A DNA stretch of 64,000 nucleotides from Paramoeba atlantica (Eukaryota > Protista > Discosea). Shown in pieces: positions 50,130 to 61,293 of the stretch. A model generated the notes under the pieces. That model made no database searches, had not been told where the DNA came from, and saw only the letters and a program-made list of their open reading frames with translations. Position numbers and translations under genes: made by a program. The stretch is taken from contig CDRNVI010000049.1 in the NCBI GenBank assembly GCA_977017575.1, forward strand, positions 372,001 to 436,000. The letters run 5' to 3'. Position 1 is the stretch's first letter. Every line of letters starts with the position of its first letter.

Positions 50130-50407
50130 AAAAAAGAGCTTTTGGTGGACAAAATACTGTAAAGCACTGAATAGTGTCAAAAATAAGAAAATAATTTGTG
50201 AAGAGAAAAAAAGTACGATTGTAACACGACTGAAGAAATATTTGCACGTCATTCTGTAAGAGCAGCATTCTCATATTTAAGAAGAGAATTTAAGAATCTG
50301 AAAGGCCGGAAAGAATGGCAAAATGTTTTGGGCAGGAATGTATTTTATCGATTAAAAGTAGAACTTGTCAAGTACATCAGTACCACTTGCAAGCGATGAC
50401 TATTGTG

Positions 50408-53400
50408 TTAAAATAGTTGGGGGATGGCATGCAGCCTCTGCAAAGTTGTGTATGTTCTTCGGGCTAGATGAGGCCCAAAATATTCAATAGAAGCCAATAG
50501 AGATGGAAGTTTCTCCGGGTAATTGAGAACCGCATCCTTGCACTCTAGAATTCGGCGGAGAACCTTTACAACCGCTTCTTCATCATCGATATCAAGGGCC
50601 TGTAAGGTCGATAGCAAATCGGTCAACGTGGCAAACGAGAATGTATCCAGAGCCTCTAAAGTACGGTGAGTCAAGTTAGGCACTACAGTGTCAAGCATTT
50701 GGTACGTTTCCGCGAAACTGGACTTCTGCAACTGCGTGACGGAACGTAGGGCCTCGAGGCAAAGAGAGGAAGGTACACGAAACATGATAGTTCTCCCACG
50801 AGTAAGAATTAGCTTTGTGATACGTAGAAGTTTCGGAAGGTCAGCTCCATCATACGCGCGAACAATCATTGTAGCGGACGTGGGAGTTATAGCGTACCGG
50901 GTTTCCTGTTCCCCTTCTGGTGAAGAAGAACTCATGCTTTCATTTATCAACGTTTCCATGTGATGCAAAATTTCTTTGCGCGAGAGGGACATATGAGCTT
51001 CGTCATTGTCATCGAAGGTGCTGCAGGTTGCGTTGACGATACTTGCCAAAGTATTCATGTCTTGCCAAGGAAGGGTAGTACATTGAACGTCACGGAGTGG
51101 AAGGTACTGTGCCGCGCAAGGATGATACAACAGTACGGTGGCCATGTCCTCTCCTTGAAGCGCGGAACAAAGATAAGTAAGTTGATTCTTCATATTCCCT
51201 AAGTCGAGTCCGGGTAACTTGGAGGCCGCACACAACGACAAAACAATATCTTTGCGTGGGTGACTGCCTTTTGCAAAACTAAGTGCATATTCTCCTATTA
51301 ACATAACCGTATGAGGTTGAAGGAGCGCAGCCCATCGGTGGCAAAAGTCAATAATTTGTACCAAGAAAGATCCGTTAATCACGCACTTCTCCAGAAGGAC
51401 TTTTATGATATTGTGTAGAGGCTGCTGTATCTTCTCCTGGTACCGTAACATTGTGTTCATCAGCGTAAGTAGGTGGTTTCCTTTCCACGAAGTCCCAGAA
51501 ATAGTACGCAAACGATCCACAAGTGGTTGCCAAACTTCTGTACTTTCACATATCCCGCAGGCAGCAAGCGTTGAAAGAAGAGTCGTGACCTCATATCCAT
51601 TCAAGCGTGGTGCAAGATCTCGCAAGATCCATAAAATTTGGGAAATACCCACCCGCCGGGGTGCTTTGCTAAGTGTTTGAAGAGACCAATTACAGTCCAT
51701 TGCAGTGCCTTCCTTAAGTAAGCGGTGAAAGCATTTCCGAAGGAGCAGCATTTCATCTGGGCTGTGATTCATGCATTCGTTTGCCATAAACACGACAAGT
51801 TCCTGTAGTTTTAGAATCTGAACTCCAGGGAATACTTTTTGCTTAAGATCATGCAGTAAGTTGGCGTCGTGAAAATATGGTTGCCCAACTGCTGCACACA
51901 TTCTGGTAGCTTGTGCTGAAGATAGTAACGGAAGTTTCTTCTTCATTGAGCCACAGAGAAGCTCGCCCACTTCGTACGGTAAGTTCTCATAGCGAAACAT
52001 GGGTAGGCAAAACTGGGTGAATTCCATTGAATTCATTGAAGGTAAAAGACGGTGCATGTGGGGCAGGATTGCTTCGACAACTCTACAGGACATTTCTTCC
52101 CCTTTCGTGTACGCCTTGAGAAGATATCCTAATTGCTGGCTGCTTAAATGAGAACCCGTCTTCAGAATTCTAACAGTTTTCTGGGTGGTATTGCTTAGAT
52201 CAGCCCCTATGCGGCTAAGACAGAGGACCACGCTCCCAATATTTTCCTCGTTGAGCGAAATTTGATGAAAAATTTTGATCAAGTGAATTTTCACTTCTTC
52301 TCTAGCATCGTAGCTGTGTCTAACAAGCTGAACTATTAGATTGGTAAGCGTTGAAGCCGAATATTCTTCAAATGAAGTGCAGCAAACCAAGGAAGAAGAA
52401 AACTCGGCGAAATCAAGATCCTTTTCAGAATTCAAGGACTCCCATGAATTGAGGATACGGGCAAGTTGTACTGGGTTAATTTCAATTTCTCGCAAACGTG
52501 AAATACAAGCATCTTGTAAATCGCGATCCAGAGTAATAGAAAACTGTTTTGCAATTGATACAATCCAGCTGATACTTTCGGCAAACCCATTCGTCAGTAT
52601 TAAAGATGAAAGCTGTTTAATGCACTTAATGGATGGATATCCGAGTACTGTGTATGCGTAGGCAGTTTGAATCGTGCTATCCGACTTTAGTAGCCCCCGA
52701 GTAGAAAAGTAAGCGTTGTCAATCTCCTTTCGTATATTCTCACTTTTCCATTTTGCCTGAAGGAAAACGCCTCGAATAAGAAACGGAATTTCGCTGGCGT
52801 CTAAACTTTTGGACCTAATGCATTGAATTACAAAGGGCTCAATAACTTTCATAAGCGTGCCAAGTATTTCCACACCTGTCTCACTGCGTGACAATAAATA
52901 GACCATGTGCGCCACATCTTTCATGTTTTTTGTGCGCAAGTAGACTAGACAATGCGCGTGCTGGGAAATCCATTCGAAGTCGTACGCATCCCGTCGGCCA
53001 AAAGCCAGTATAACTTCCAGAACCACAGCAGCCGTTTTCTTGTCATTATGCGTCGCTGCCCAAACGAATTGGGATAGCGACTGAAAGGACACGAGACGAT
53101 AGTTGCTCCGGTCTGAAAGAAGAGGCCATATGACTCGAAATGTCATTTCCGACCGTCTGTCCTTCAGAACATCAATATACAGATTTGAAGCGAAAGGGTT
53201 CAGCGGGACGGTTTGGGCCACAACTGCTATGGGAATTTTTTCTAGCAAAGCTTTTAATATGTCTTTGTTAGGCGTAACAATTTTAATAAAGACCTGAAAG
53301 AGATATAGGCAGTCGTGAGGAGATATTTTATTTGCAATGGCAATCTTCATGTTCTGCGTAATATGAGTATGTTGGCTGTAGTCTTGATCTTGCAAAATCC

Positions 53401-55342
53401 TAACCGCAAATTTCACCAGTAGCAGTGTATTAGAATGCCACAAAATGTTTGGCATTAGTACACGCGCGAGGCGCGCAATATCCCTTTGGGACTCTCTTGG
53501 TACGTCCGCGCAACAGTATAACAAGTGACAAACCCGAACGATATTGGTGCATTCGGAATCATTTATCAGAAAAGATCGTTTAGGTGAAACGTTCAACTGA
53601 GCATTCAATAAATTGGAAAGTTTTCGTATCACTGCGTTGATGCCGTCCAAATTCCGGAGCTTTGTATAGAAGACAACGAGTTTCGTTCCCAATGAGCTCT
53701 TCAGAAAACAACAAAGTCCACCAAGACTTGAAATTATTTTTGCTAGAAACTCTTCATCGAGCGCATGACTTTTGGTCAACTTCAGCTCATGTTTTGTTGA
53801 CTCGTTCAGATGCATCTGACTAAGGATGCATGACACGGCGTCAATTCGGCGGTCTTGATTGTTCAACATCTGTACAAGTGCAAGAACTGTTTCGTACATT
53901 TTTTTATTTAGTAGCCCATGTACTAAACTCCTCATGGAATCGTGGTCCGCATCGTTAAAATATCCTTTCGTAAGGCAAAGCGTGATCATGCCTTGTAGGG
54001 ATACGAGGCATATATCACTTTTGCTATTCAAGAAAATAAGCAACGTGTCGATATATTCTCGCGGCGCATACGACAGGCTTATAGCACTATTCTTGAGAAT
54101 TGATTTTGCTGCTGCAAAAGCCGCTTTTTCTGTCCCACACGAAGTAGACTGCAGGCAAGAAGGGTTTTCTTTCGCAATATTCCAGGGTAGACTAGTGATG
54201 GCTAAGGCGGCACGTAATAGTGGTGTGCAACTTGATGCGTTTCGGTTGTTTAATATTAATTCCACAAGCTCATGTCCGGATCGTGACGCCTCCGACACGT
54301 AAAAAAGTCTTTGCGTGAGCGATTTGGAAAGGATTGAGGAATGAATAAGCGCTTTGGTGATTGTGGTAGATGAGTGCAACAGTCTGCACTCCGCGAAAGT
54401 CTGCAAAATGGTTGAGGACTGCTCTGATGTGAATTGATGACTCAGTCGGAGAGCCTGCACACTGAGACTAGCAAGCTCTTTTGATAGTCCGTAGTGACTC
54501 AATGCAAAGCACAGACGCGTATAGTCGCGAACGTCGAGGTATCCCACACCGTGAAGTAGCGCCCAGGTTATCCAGTTCGGTAAGTTATCACTAGAAAGAC
54601 CAAGAAAAGCGTAACAATAAAGACAATTGATCAAATCTTTAATTAGTTGAGAAGAAACAGTCTTTGCCGAAAGAGATCTGAAATTTCGGAGTAAGCAGAG
54701 AGCAAAATGCACCTGTACTTCCGTCGCTGTAATAGAAGGAAATTCTTTACAGACTTTAATCATGGATTGCGAATGAAATCTTATTTTCTGCGCCGTCGAG
54801 AGTTTATTCTTTTCACCTTCTAGATCTGCCCAGGTGACATTTCTCAGGGGTTTGACTTCGCTAACGCCCACATCATTGGTTTTGCTCAAGTTCTCCACTC
54901 TCTGCAATGAATCTTTTCGCGCTCCTTGGGTGGAGAAATTTTCATTTTTCTTGTTCACTCTTCTTGTGTTCGAGTATGGTATTTTGGAATCGAGCGTTGC
55001 ACCCGTTGAGTTCTGGTTCATTAAGTGCCACCTCCCTTGAGTAGCTCCAGATGCACCGCGTGGCATTCGTTCAGTACTTGATGAACGGAAACCCTGTTTT
55101 GTTGAACGATCGCCAAATGTCTTGTTTTGAGAAAAGCGTGAATCCTTTTTCGCAGGTGCGTTGGCGTAGAAAAGACGTGTAAGCCGCCAAAGATGCGTGT
55201 GCAACGTCGGCTCATTAAATTCGGTGCCAGTATTCCTAGTGGCGGATAATACAATGGCGTGTACTCGAGAAAGAGACGAAGCACAAGACACTGACCTCTG
55301 AGCTACCGCTAGTAAATTTGATCTGTCCATAGATATTCGCAA
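50408..55342 (-). CDS. Large (1644 aa) helical-repeat protein, probably mitochondrial RNA-binding
   Basis: Presequence-like N-terminus and many FASTK/OPR-like helical units (e.g. LDVRDYTRLCFALSHYG, FTSEQSSTILQTFAEC). Confidence 0.7.
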   Translation of the reverse strand: MRISMDRSNLLAVAQRSVSCASSLSRVHAIVLSATRNTGTEFNEPTLHTHLWRLTRLFYANAPAKKDSRFSQNKTFGDRSTKQGFRSSSTERMPRGASGATQGRWHLMNQNSTGATLDSKIPYSNTRRVNKKNENFSTQGARKDSLQRVENLSKTNDVGVSEVKPLRNVTWADLEGEKNKLSTAQKIRFHSQSMIKVCKEFPSITATEVQVHFALCLLRNFRSLSAKTVSSQLIKDLINCLYCYAFLGLSSDNLPNWITWALLHGVGYLDVRDYTRLCFALSHYGLSKELASLSVQALRLSHQFTSEQSSTILQTFAECRLLHSSTTITKALIHSSILSKSLTQRLFYVSEASRSGHELVELILNNRNASSCTPLLRAALAITSLPWNIAKENPSCLQSTSCGTEKAAFAAAKSILKNSAISLSYAPREYIDTLLIFLNSKSDICLVSLQGMITLCLTKGYFNDADHDSMRSLVHGLLNKKMYETVLALVQMLNNQDRRIDAVSCILSQMHLNESTKHELKLTKSHALDEEFLAKIISSLGGLCCFLKSSLGTKLVVFYTKLRNLDGINAVIRKLSNLLNAQLNVSPKRSFLINDSECTNIVRVCHLLYCCADVPRESQRDIARLARVLMPNILWHSNTLLLVKFAVRILQDQDYSQHTHITQNMKIAIANKISPHDCLYLFQVFIKIVTPNKDILKALLEKIPIAVVAQTVPLNPFASNLYIDVLKDRRSEMTFRVIWPLLSDRSNYRLVSFQSLSQFVWAATHNDKKTAAVVLEVILAFGRRDAYDFEWISQHAHCLVYLRTKNMKDVAHMVYLLSRSETGVEILGTLMKVIEPFVIQCIRSKSLDASEIPFLIRGVFLQAKWKSENIRKEIDNAYFSTRGLLKSDSTIQTAYAYTVLGYPSIKCIKQLSSLILTNGFAESISWIVSIAKQFSITLDRDLQDACISRLREIEINPVQLARILNSWESLNSEKDLDFAEFSSSLVCCTSFEEYSASTLTNLIVQLVRHSYDAREEVKIHLIKIFHQISLNEENIGSVVLCLSRIGADLSNTTQKTVRILKTGSHLSSQQLGYLLKAYTKGEEMSCRVVEAILPHMHRLLPSMNSMEFTQFCLPMFRYENLPYEVGELLCGSMKKKLPLLSSAQATRMCAAVGQPYFHDANLLHDLKQKVFPGVQILKLQELVVFMANECMNHSPDEMLLLRKCFHRLLKEGTAMDCNWSLQTLSKAPRRVGISQILWILRDLAPRLNGYEVTTLLSTLAACGICESTEVWQPLVDRLRTISGTSWKGNHLLTLMNTMLRYQEKIQQPLHNIIKVLLEKCVINGSFLVQIIDFCHRWAALLQPHTVMLIGEYALSFAKGSHPRKDIVLSLCAASKLPGLDLGNMKNQLTYLCSALQGEDMATVLLYHPCAAQYLPLRDVQCTTLPWQDMNTLASIVNATCSTFDDNDEAHMSLSRKEILHHMETLINESMSSSSPEGEQETRYAITPTSATMIVRAYDGADLPKLLRITKLILTRGRTIMFRVPSSLCLEALRSVTQLQKSSFAETYQMLDTVVPNLTHRTLEALDTFSFATLTDLLSTLQALDIDDEEAVVKVLRRILECKDAVLNYPEKLPSLLASIEYFGPHLARRTYTTLQRLHAIPQLF

Positions 55343-55794
55343 GTGTTCCTAATCGATTAACGGTGAAACGCTTACTTATTGTTTATGCATATTTTCTAGT
55401 TTCAAAATTTAGATATTAGGAAAAAGGCCTTTGACGGACACGAGGTTGTCTATGCAACGAAATTACTAACGTCAATGCATCACCCAACGCCATATTCTTT
55501 TCGCCATGCGATACAGATTTCAAAATTTTAAGGAGATTGGAGAAAACTAATGTACTTTTTTTGTGCTATTTTTACAACGTACACTGAACGCATTGATCAA
55601 GTAAGCAAATATTCAGCTTATGCGAATACATGAGTCTAATGCAGAATGAATCCTCGCTTCGAATTCTTTTAAAAGACAGGTCAACATAACATCATCGCAA
55701 ACGGCTTTCAAATCAATCATAACCACGTGACATACATACAGGAACATAAATGTATACCTAATCTTTCAAATGGAATACAGGCGCGTCGCGTGTT

Positions 55795-58560
55795 CTACTC
55801 GACCTTCACATAATACAGGTCATTGGTCGCGGGATGAAACCACGTAGTATTATCTTCCTCACCCACACGGTAAAAATAGTACTGTTTTCCCACTGAATTC
55901 TTTTGAAACGTCCACCCCTCCGGAAGCACCGGAAAGTCCGCACAGGACTCCGGTACTTTCCGCTCTGCCGCACGCTCCTCTCCTCCCTTTTCCTTCTCTT
56001 CCCTCCTCCCCGCATTCCCCTCCACCCCCCTCGGTGGCGACCTCTCTCGGGTTCGCCTCTCCTCCCTGTGGTATCTCCCTCCCTCCTCTTTGCCGCCATA
56101 GGACCGCTGTCTCTCCTGATCGTCCCTCTCCCCATACCCTGTCCGTCGCCGTACCTCGCGACCGTACCTCCCCTCCCCCTCCTCCCCCCTTCGTCGGTCA
56201 TAGCGCTCTCGACTTACGCGCTCTCGACTTCTTCTCTCACGGGAGCGGTCCCGACCGGACCGTCGATGCCGACTGTACGACCGACGGGTCTCCCGTGAAG
56301 GGGTTGAGCGTCGCGTATCAGAGGCACGCGTCGTCCACCTCTTCGTCTTCGAAGGACTCCTGTCGTACGGACCGCTTCCCTTATGATCCAATGAGGAGGG
56401 GATCACAGGATTTGAAGGCGGATCCCTCTGAGCCTCACTACGGCTGTGAGCTCTTCCCTCACGCGATCCTGTGGAGGCCGTGGTCACAGGATCCGTGGAC
56501 TCCCCCCGTTTAGATTCACACCTACGGTTCGGATCGCTTCCTTTGTGATGCGAACCGTAGGAGGAGGAGAGCTCGGGATGGGAAAATTTGTTTGTTTTAT
56601 GCGTTTCCCTTTGTTGTTCTCTTGTTTCGTTCTCTCCCTTTTCATGCTGTCCTGGTTCTCGGTAGTGTCGAGAAGAGGAAGGGGAAGAAGTAGTAGAAGA
56701 GGAATAAGCAGAGGCGTCGGGTCGTGCCCGCTCCTCTGGGTACGCGTGTACCCGGGAGTGGTCTCTGCTGTGGTCTCTGGTGTCTCGAGGGGGGTAGCGG
56801 TGGTCCGTGCTTGCTGCTGGAGCGTGTCTGCGGTCTGTAGGGTTTACCGCAGGATGGTTTCGTTGGTTATACGAAGGGGGTAGGGGGCGAGCGCCCCAAC
56901 GGGAGGAGGGAGGAGGGGGAGGCCCATGGGATGGATGCCACCCTCGGGAATCTGGAGGATAAGACCGGCCGCCGTGGGGAGGGTAGGACATAGGGGGGTA
57001 GGCGCCATAGGCTCCTGTGCGATGGTGAGGAGGAGGAGGAGGAGGAGCATGACCTCGAGGGGGGAGGGATCCGGGATATCCATGCACTCTGCCGCCGTCC
57101 GATCGACCTCGAGGGGAGGGGGCTGGGGGAGGTGGTGGAGGGGGCGCAGCGGCTTGGGCGGCTCGTTGGGCGGCTATTCGCTCTTGCTGCTCACGGGCTC
57201 GCCTTTCAGCGTGCTCGTGGATGGGGTCTCCCGGGAGTCGTGATGGGGTAGTGAGCATTTTACCCTTCGTCTTGGATTCTTGTAACAACAAGGCGCGAAG
57301 ATCCTCCACGACGCCGTAGAAGCTGATATTCAGCCCGCTGTCGACCGTTTGCAACAACGCTTGGGACGCACTTTGGGGGTCTTGAAACTGAATAATAGCT
57401 ACGGGAAAGTACTCGTCGGGTAGGAAGGAGGCGCTAACATAACCTTCACACTCTTGAAACATGTACTGTACATCTTCCAGACCAACATTTTCGGCGATGT
57501 TTCGCAAGACAAGCGAATCACTTCTGCGGTCAAGATCCCAGGTAGAGATGCTCAAGTCTTCCACATTTTTCGGCATTCTATACGGGTCATAAATAGATGC
57601 AGCGCCCAGCTGCTTGGAACACACTTCATCCTTCAGATGTGCGTAGCGACACTCCGCGCCCATGCGACAGACCATCTTTTTTTTCGGATCAAAACGTTTG
57701 CAAGGTCTAAGAAAAACACCTTTACCCGTCTGGCCTTTGCTAAGAAAGTACTCGCTAATCCCCTCCGTGTGCAGTAGCTCATCTGTGCTAAACAACATCT
57801 GCCCACGCGGTGTGTCTACACTTACCGGCAATGGAGGATCCTCCAACCGAGTCCTCACAGGCTCCTCGTTGGAAATCGACGGGTTTCGTCGCGCGGTCTG
57901 GGCTTTCTCGAATGCCTCGCCCAGACCCCCGAAGGATGTGTGGCAGAGTACAATATCGTAGTACCGTCGATTTTGGTCAACAAAGAAATTGGGGCGATTA
58001 GGTAGGTTGTGTACTTTGGCGACCTGCTCCGCCCTTTCTGTGGTGTCAAGGTAAATACACATCCAGGCCCAGCGTGGCTCAGCACAATCCGGGTCGGGGC
58101 ACATAGGCTCCATTAGACGAAGATGGGGGCGAAAGGTCGCACTAATGTAGTGAAAAACTGCGTGTTCGGTAAGATGTGACTGAGGAAGTGAACGAACACC
58201 AAACAGCACCGCTTTATCGAGCTTCTTTTCATAACCTGGTGTAGGTGCGTAGTAATGTACATTAGGATTTATCTCCTGAGGCGCTGACTCAGTGGCTGGG
58301 GGTCCGGTAGAGTTTGAAACATTCTCGGATGTAGATACTGGTGGGGCGGTCTCAGAGATTTCTTCCTCCTTCGGTGTATTGTCTCCATTCACAGCTTTTT
58401 CGGTGACGCATGATTTTTCCGGATTCACCCCACCCTCATCCTCCGGGTTTTGCGCTGGTTCTGATGCGGTGTATGACTTGATGTCATCGTGGGGTGCCTC
58501 TTGAATAATCTCGGAGTCCGGGGTGTCAAGGCAGGGATGCGTCTCTTCGGGTTCTGACAT
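55795..58560 (-). CDS. RNA-binding protein: CCCH zinc finger + RRM + Pro/RS-rich region + C-terminal WW domain
   Basis: CKRF...CRMGAECRYAH; LVLRNIAENV...AIIQF; RS/RE tracts; LPEGW...GKQYYF...TTWFHP. Confidence 0.8.
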   Translation of the reverse strand: MSEPEETHPCLDTPDSEIIQEAPHDDIKSYTASEPAQNPEDEGGVNPEKSCVTEKAVNGDNTPKEEEISETAPPVSTSENVSNSTGPPATESAPQEINPNVHYYAPTPGYEKKLDKAVLFGVRSLPQSHLTEHAVFHYISATFRPHLRLMEPMCPDPDCAEPRWAWMCIYLDTTERAEQVAKVHNLPNRPNFFVDQNRRYYDIVLCHTSFGGLGEAFEKAQTARRNPSISNEEPVRTRLEDPPLPVSVDTPRGQMLFSTDELLHTEGISEYFLSKGQTGKGVFLRPCKRFDPKKKMVCRMGAECRYAHLKDEVCSKQLGAASIYDPYRMPKNVEDLSISTWDLDRRSDSLVLRNIAENVGLEDVQYMFQECEGYVSASFLPDEYFPVAIIQFQDPQSASQALLQTVDSGLNISFYGVVEDLRALLLQESKTKGKMLTTPSRLPGDPIHEHAERRAREQQERIAAQRAAQAAAPPPPPPPAPSPRGRSDGGRVHGYPGSLPPRGHAPPPPPPHHRTGAYGAYPPMSYPPHGGRSYPPDSRGWHPSHGPPPPPSSRWGARPLPPSYNQRNHPAVNPTDRRHAPAASTDHRYPPRDTRDHSRDHSRVHAYPEERARPDASAYSSSTTSSPSSSRHYREPGQHEKGENETREQQRETHKTNKFSHPELSSSYGSHHKGSDPNRRCESKRGESTDPVTTASTGSREGRAHSRSEAQRDPPSNPVIPSSLDHKGSGPYDRSPSKTKRWTTRASDTRRSTPSRETRRSYSRHRRSGRDRSRERRSRERVSRERYDRRRGEEGEGRYGREVRRRTGYGERDDQERQRSYGGKEEGGRYHREERRTRERSPPRGVEGNAGRREEKEKGGEERAAERKVPESCADFPVLPEGWTFQKNSVGKQYYFYRVGEEDNTTWFHPATNDLYYVKVE

Positions 58561-58804
58561 TGTCTGTATGAGGAAGTTTAATCACTATTTCTAACAACAA
58601 ACATCGAATGTTAACCCGTATAAAGTTTATACATCCGTACAGCATCTACAGTACATCGCCGTATTAATAGGAGGTTTATTCTCAAAACACCTCTCTTTGA
58701 AAGAAGCGGTCGACGTACGTCATTAGTATGAATCATTAAAATAGAGGAACATGGGATGAGAAACAGAAAAATCATGCTTGTTTTCGGCTTCCACCAGTGT
58801 ACCT

Positions 58805-59938
58805 CTACTTCTCATACTGTCGTATGATCTCAAGGATTGGTCGAAACCATTCCGAGAGATCCAGCGGGTCCCCTCGGTGTGTCGCCTCTACCAGCGTTCG
58901 TAGTGTCGGGGGGTCCATCGTTGGGTCAAATGTGTCAACCGTATGCTCGGGAATCGGGCAGCATAGCCGACCCGTTCCCGGGTGTATCACCAGAGGACTT
59001 TTCAACAAGTGGTTTCGCATGCGTGAAACATTCACGTCAAGTCGGGGATAGGTAGTGGCCAGCACAAGTCCCTCCACAGCCCATAATAAATTGTGCGACT
59101 TGGCAGTTGCACACAGATCGGAGTAGCGTAGACCATGTCGGTCCAAAGCCTCTACTACTCTCTCCACGTTCTTGAGACCAGACGCCACACGCAACAGGTA
59201 TGCAGAGAGTGCCTGGCGAGTTTTCTCATTGCTTGCGACGCAGTTCTTATTGCTTGGGTTAAGATAAGTGGCCTCAAAGCTGTTCGCGAGGTGTTTCTCC
59301 AGTACAAGACGAATACTGGGGTGCAGCCATCCTTTTTTTCGTAGCTCCGTGTCGCAGTTCGTTGCGAAACTAAATGGGTCTGTGCCACCCTCGTATACCG
59401 TGAGGTACCCGACGAGCGCGTTTCGCTCATCGTCGGTCAGTTGTCGTGCACTCTCGTCACATACCCAGGCATGAACACCACGACGACCACTGTACACCCA
59501 GAACAGTTGCGAGAAGCCTAAATCATGTCGAATCAGCTCGGACAAGGCGTGGACGGCACCTGCGATCAGAGGCCAACACTCGACGCAGATGGTCTTCTCC
59601 GAGCAACAATCGCGTACATTGTCGTAGTCGCTGATGTCGATGTCGAACACAAGTTCACGTTGTTCGGGAGTGAGTGTGAGGGCACCTTTGCGCTCACACG
59701 GATGGGAGAAAATCGCGCCAAAGTCAATCTTTTCCGGTACCATCCGGATTAACTCCGCGTGCAGAGCATCGGCGTTGGGAAAGGTCATAAAGCGCTTGAC
59801 AAAACTTCCCCCGGCAAAGCTGAACTCACGGTTTAAAAGTAGGGAGGGCACGCCGTACGATAGCCACTGCGAGATGAGCCTTACTGGGAAAATACGATTG
59901 TAATACTCCTGCAAGTCATTTTTATCCACTGCGGACAT
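58805..59938 (-). CDS. PRIM1: DNA primase small (catalytic) subunit
   Basis: REFSF, KIDFGA, RELVFDIDISDY, WVYSGRRGVHAWV, YPRLD, HLLKSP..IHPGTGR. Confidence 0.97.
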   Translation of the reverse strand: MSAVDKNDLQEYYNRIFPVRLISQWLSYGVPSLLLNREFSFAGGSFVKRFMTFPNADALHAELIRMVPEKIDFGAIFSHPCERKGALTLTPEQRELVFDIDISDYDNVRDCCSEKTICVECWPLIAGAVHALSELIRHDLGFSQLFWVYSGRRGVHAWVCDESARQLTDDERNALVGYLTVYEGGTDPFSFATNCDTELRKKGWLHPSIRLVLEKHLANSFEATYLNPSNKNCVASNEKTRQALSAYLLRVASGLKNVERVVEALDRHGLRYSDLCATAKSHNLLWAVEGLVLATTYPRLDVNVSRMRNHLLKSPLVIHPGTGRLCCPIPEHTVDTFDPTMDPPTLRTLVEATHRGDPLDLSEWFRPILEIIRQYEK

Positions 59939-60090
59939 TGAAGAAAACGAAGTACGTGGAATGTAAAACTACGGAACAATTTCCTTAAAATATAAACCGC
60001 CCAGAGACGTACAACTTATGCATTTAGAAATTTGTCAAAAGAAAGCTCAAAGAAATTATATGTAAATCGCAACTCTACCATCCATTTTCC

Positions 60091-61293
60091 CTACTCTGCA
60101 TCCTCTGTGGGGGCGCCTTCCTCCATTCCTGTATCCTCATCGATGCAAATAAGATTCTCTTCTTCGTCGACACCTGCCATTTCCTTTGACTCGGCATTCG
60201 CCGCCGGCACGGGGTCTTGCGCATCCTTCCCCTTTCCCACCCCGAGCCTTGGCTGTACCCATTGAAACTGTTTCCGAAACGTCCGCGTGCGTTTCTTCTC
60301 ATCCGCGTCCAACCTCTCCTGCACATACCGCACCCACCCCCTACACTTCCTCTTCGCCAACGCAATCGCCCTCTCCAACACCGCTCTCGACACCGCCACC
60401 CCTCCCACCTTGCTCACCCCACACAACTCCCCATGCGGATTCACCAACACCCGGATCACCGCCACCACCACCGCGGCCATCTCCCGATTCGTGGGATCCA
60501 CCAACAACCCCTCCCCGGGGGTTACCCCAACACTCACACACAACGGCACATGGTGCATCACGAAACCCACAGGGTCACGTTCCGGGGCCACCCGTACCCC
60601 CGACCGAAACGGAAACTCCATTTCCCCGTTGTTGTTGTTTTTCTTCCTCTTTATCTTCCCTGTCCCCTCGCCTTGCTCCGCCCCCGCCCTCACCACCGCG
60701 GGTCGCCGAAAGTGCCGCAGGGCCGCCACCCCGCACAGCACCACGGCGTCCCACAGGTTCCCCTCATCGGCGAGCACCGTCACCTCCACCCGCACGCTCC
60801 CCACCACCTCCCCGGGGACCACCACGAGGAGGGAGGGGTCGAGGGCCCCGGAGGAGCGCACCACGTGCTCGAGGGTGGTGGTGAGGTCAAGGCAGAGGGG
60901 GGGGGAGGCGGAGGAACCACTACCACTCGTGGGGGTAGAAGAAGAAGACTTGGCCATCTTGGGGGTACTCATGAAGGGGTGGGGAGTGGTCGTAGTCGAT
61001 AAGGAAGAAGATAGAGAAGAGGCTGCGGGTACGTGGGGGGAGAGGGTTACGGCGAACTCGAGGAGGCCGAGATGGGGGGACTCGGGGGGGGGCTCGACGA
61101 GGGTGTAGGCGACGGTGGCGGCGACGGTGGTGGCGCCGAGGGTGAGGGTGGTGGAGGCGGCGGTGGGGGTGGGGGGGAGGGTGAGGGTGAGGGGACGGTG
61201 CTGGGTGGGGGTGCGGAGGTCGTGGCGGAGGGGGAAGGGGGGGGAGAGGGCGGTGCGGAGGAGACGGGTGGAGGAGGGGGTGGGGATGTCCAT
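60091..61293 (-). CDS. RRP45: Exosome RNase PH subunit RRP45
   Basis: LRHDLRTP..HRP, LGATTVAA, VRSSGALDP..L.VVPGE, DEGNLWDA...AALRHFRRP, LLVDPT.RE. Start MDIPT at 61293. Confidence 0.88.
   Translation of the reverse strand: MDIPTPSSTRLLRTALSPPFPLRHDLRTPTQHRPLTLTLPPTPTAASTTLTLGATTVAATVAYTLVEPPPESPHLGLLEFAVTLSPHVPAASSLSSSLSTTTTPHPFMSTPKMAKSSSSTPTSGSGSSASPPLCLDLTTTLEHVVRSSGALDPSLLVVVPGEVVGSVRVEVTVLADEGNLWDAVVLCGVAALRHFRRPAVVRAGAEQGEGTGKIKRKKNNNNGEMEFPFRSGVRVAPERDPVGFVMHHVPLCVSVGVTPGEGLLVDPTNREMAAVVVAVIRVLVNPHGELCGVSKVGGVAVSRAVLERAIALAKRKCRGWVRYVQERLDADEKKRTRTFRKQFQWVQPRLGVGKGKDAQDPVPAANAESKEMAGVDEEENLICIDEDTGMEEGAPTEDAE

Noticed and set aside
28830-61293. Functional operon of RNA-processing genes (DBR1, UTP4-like, RRP40, RRP45, snoRNAs)
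   Set aside because: Kinetoplastid clusters are not functionally grouped, and a compact genome is enriched for such core genes; no evidence beyond chance.
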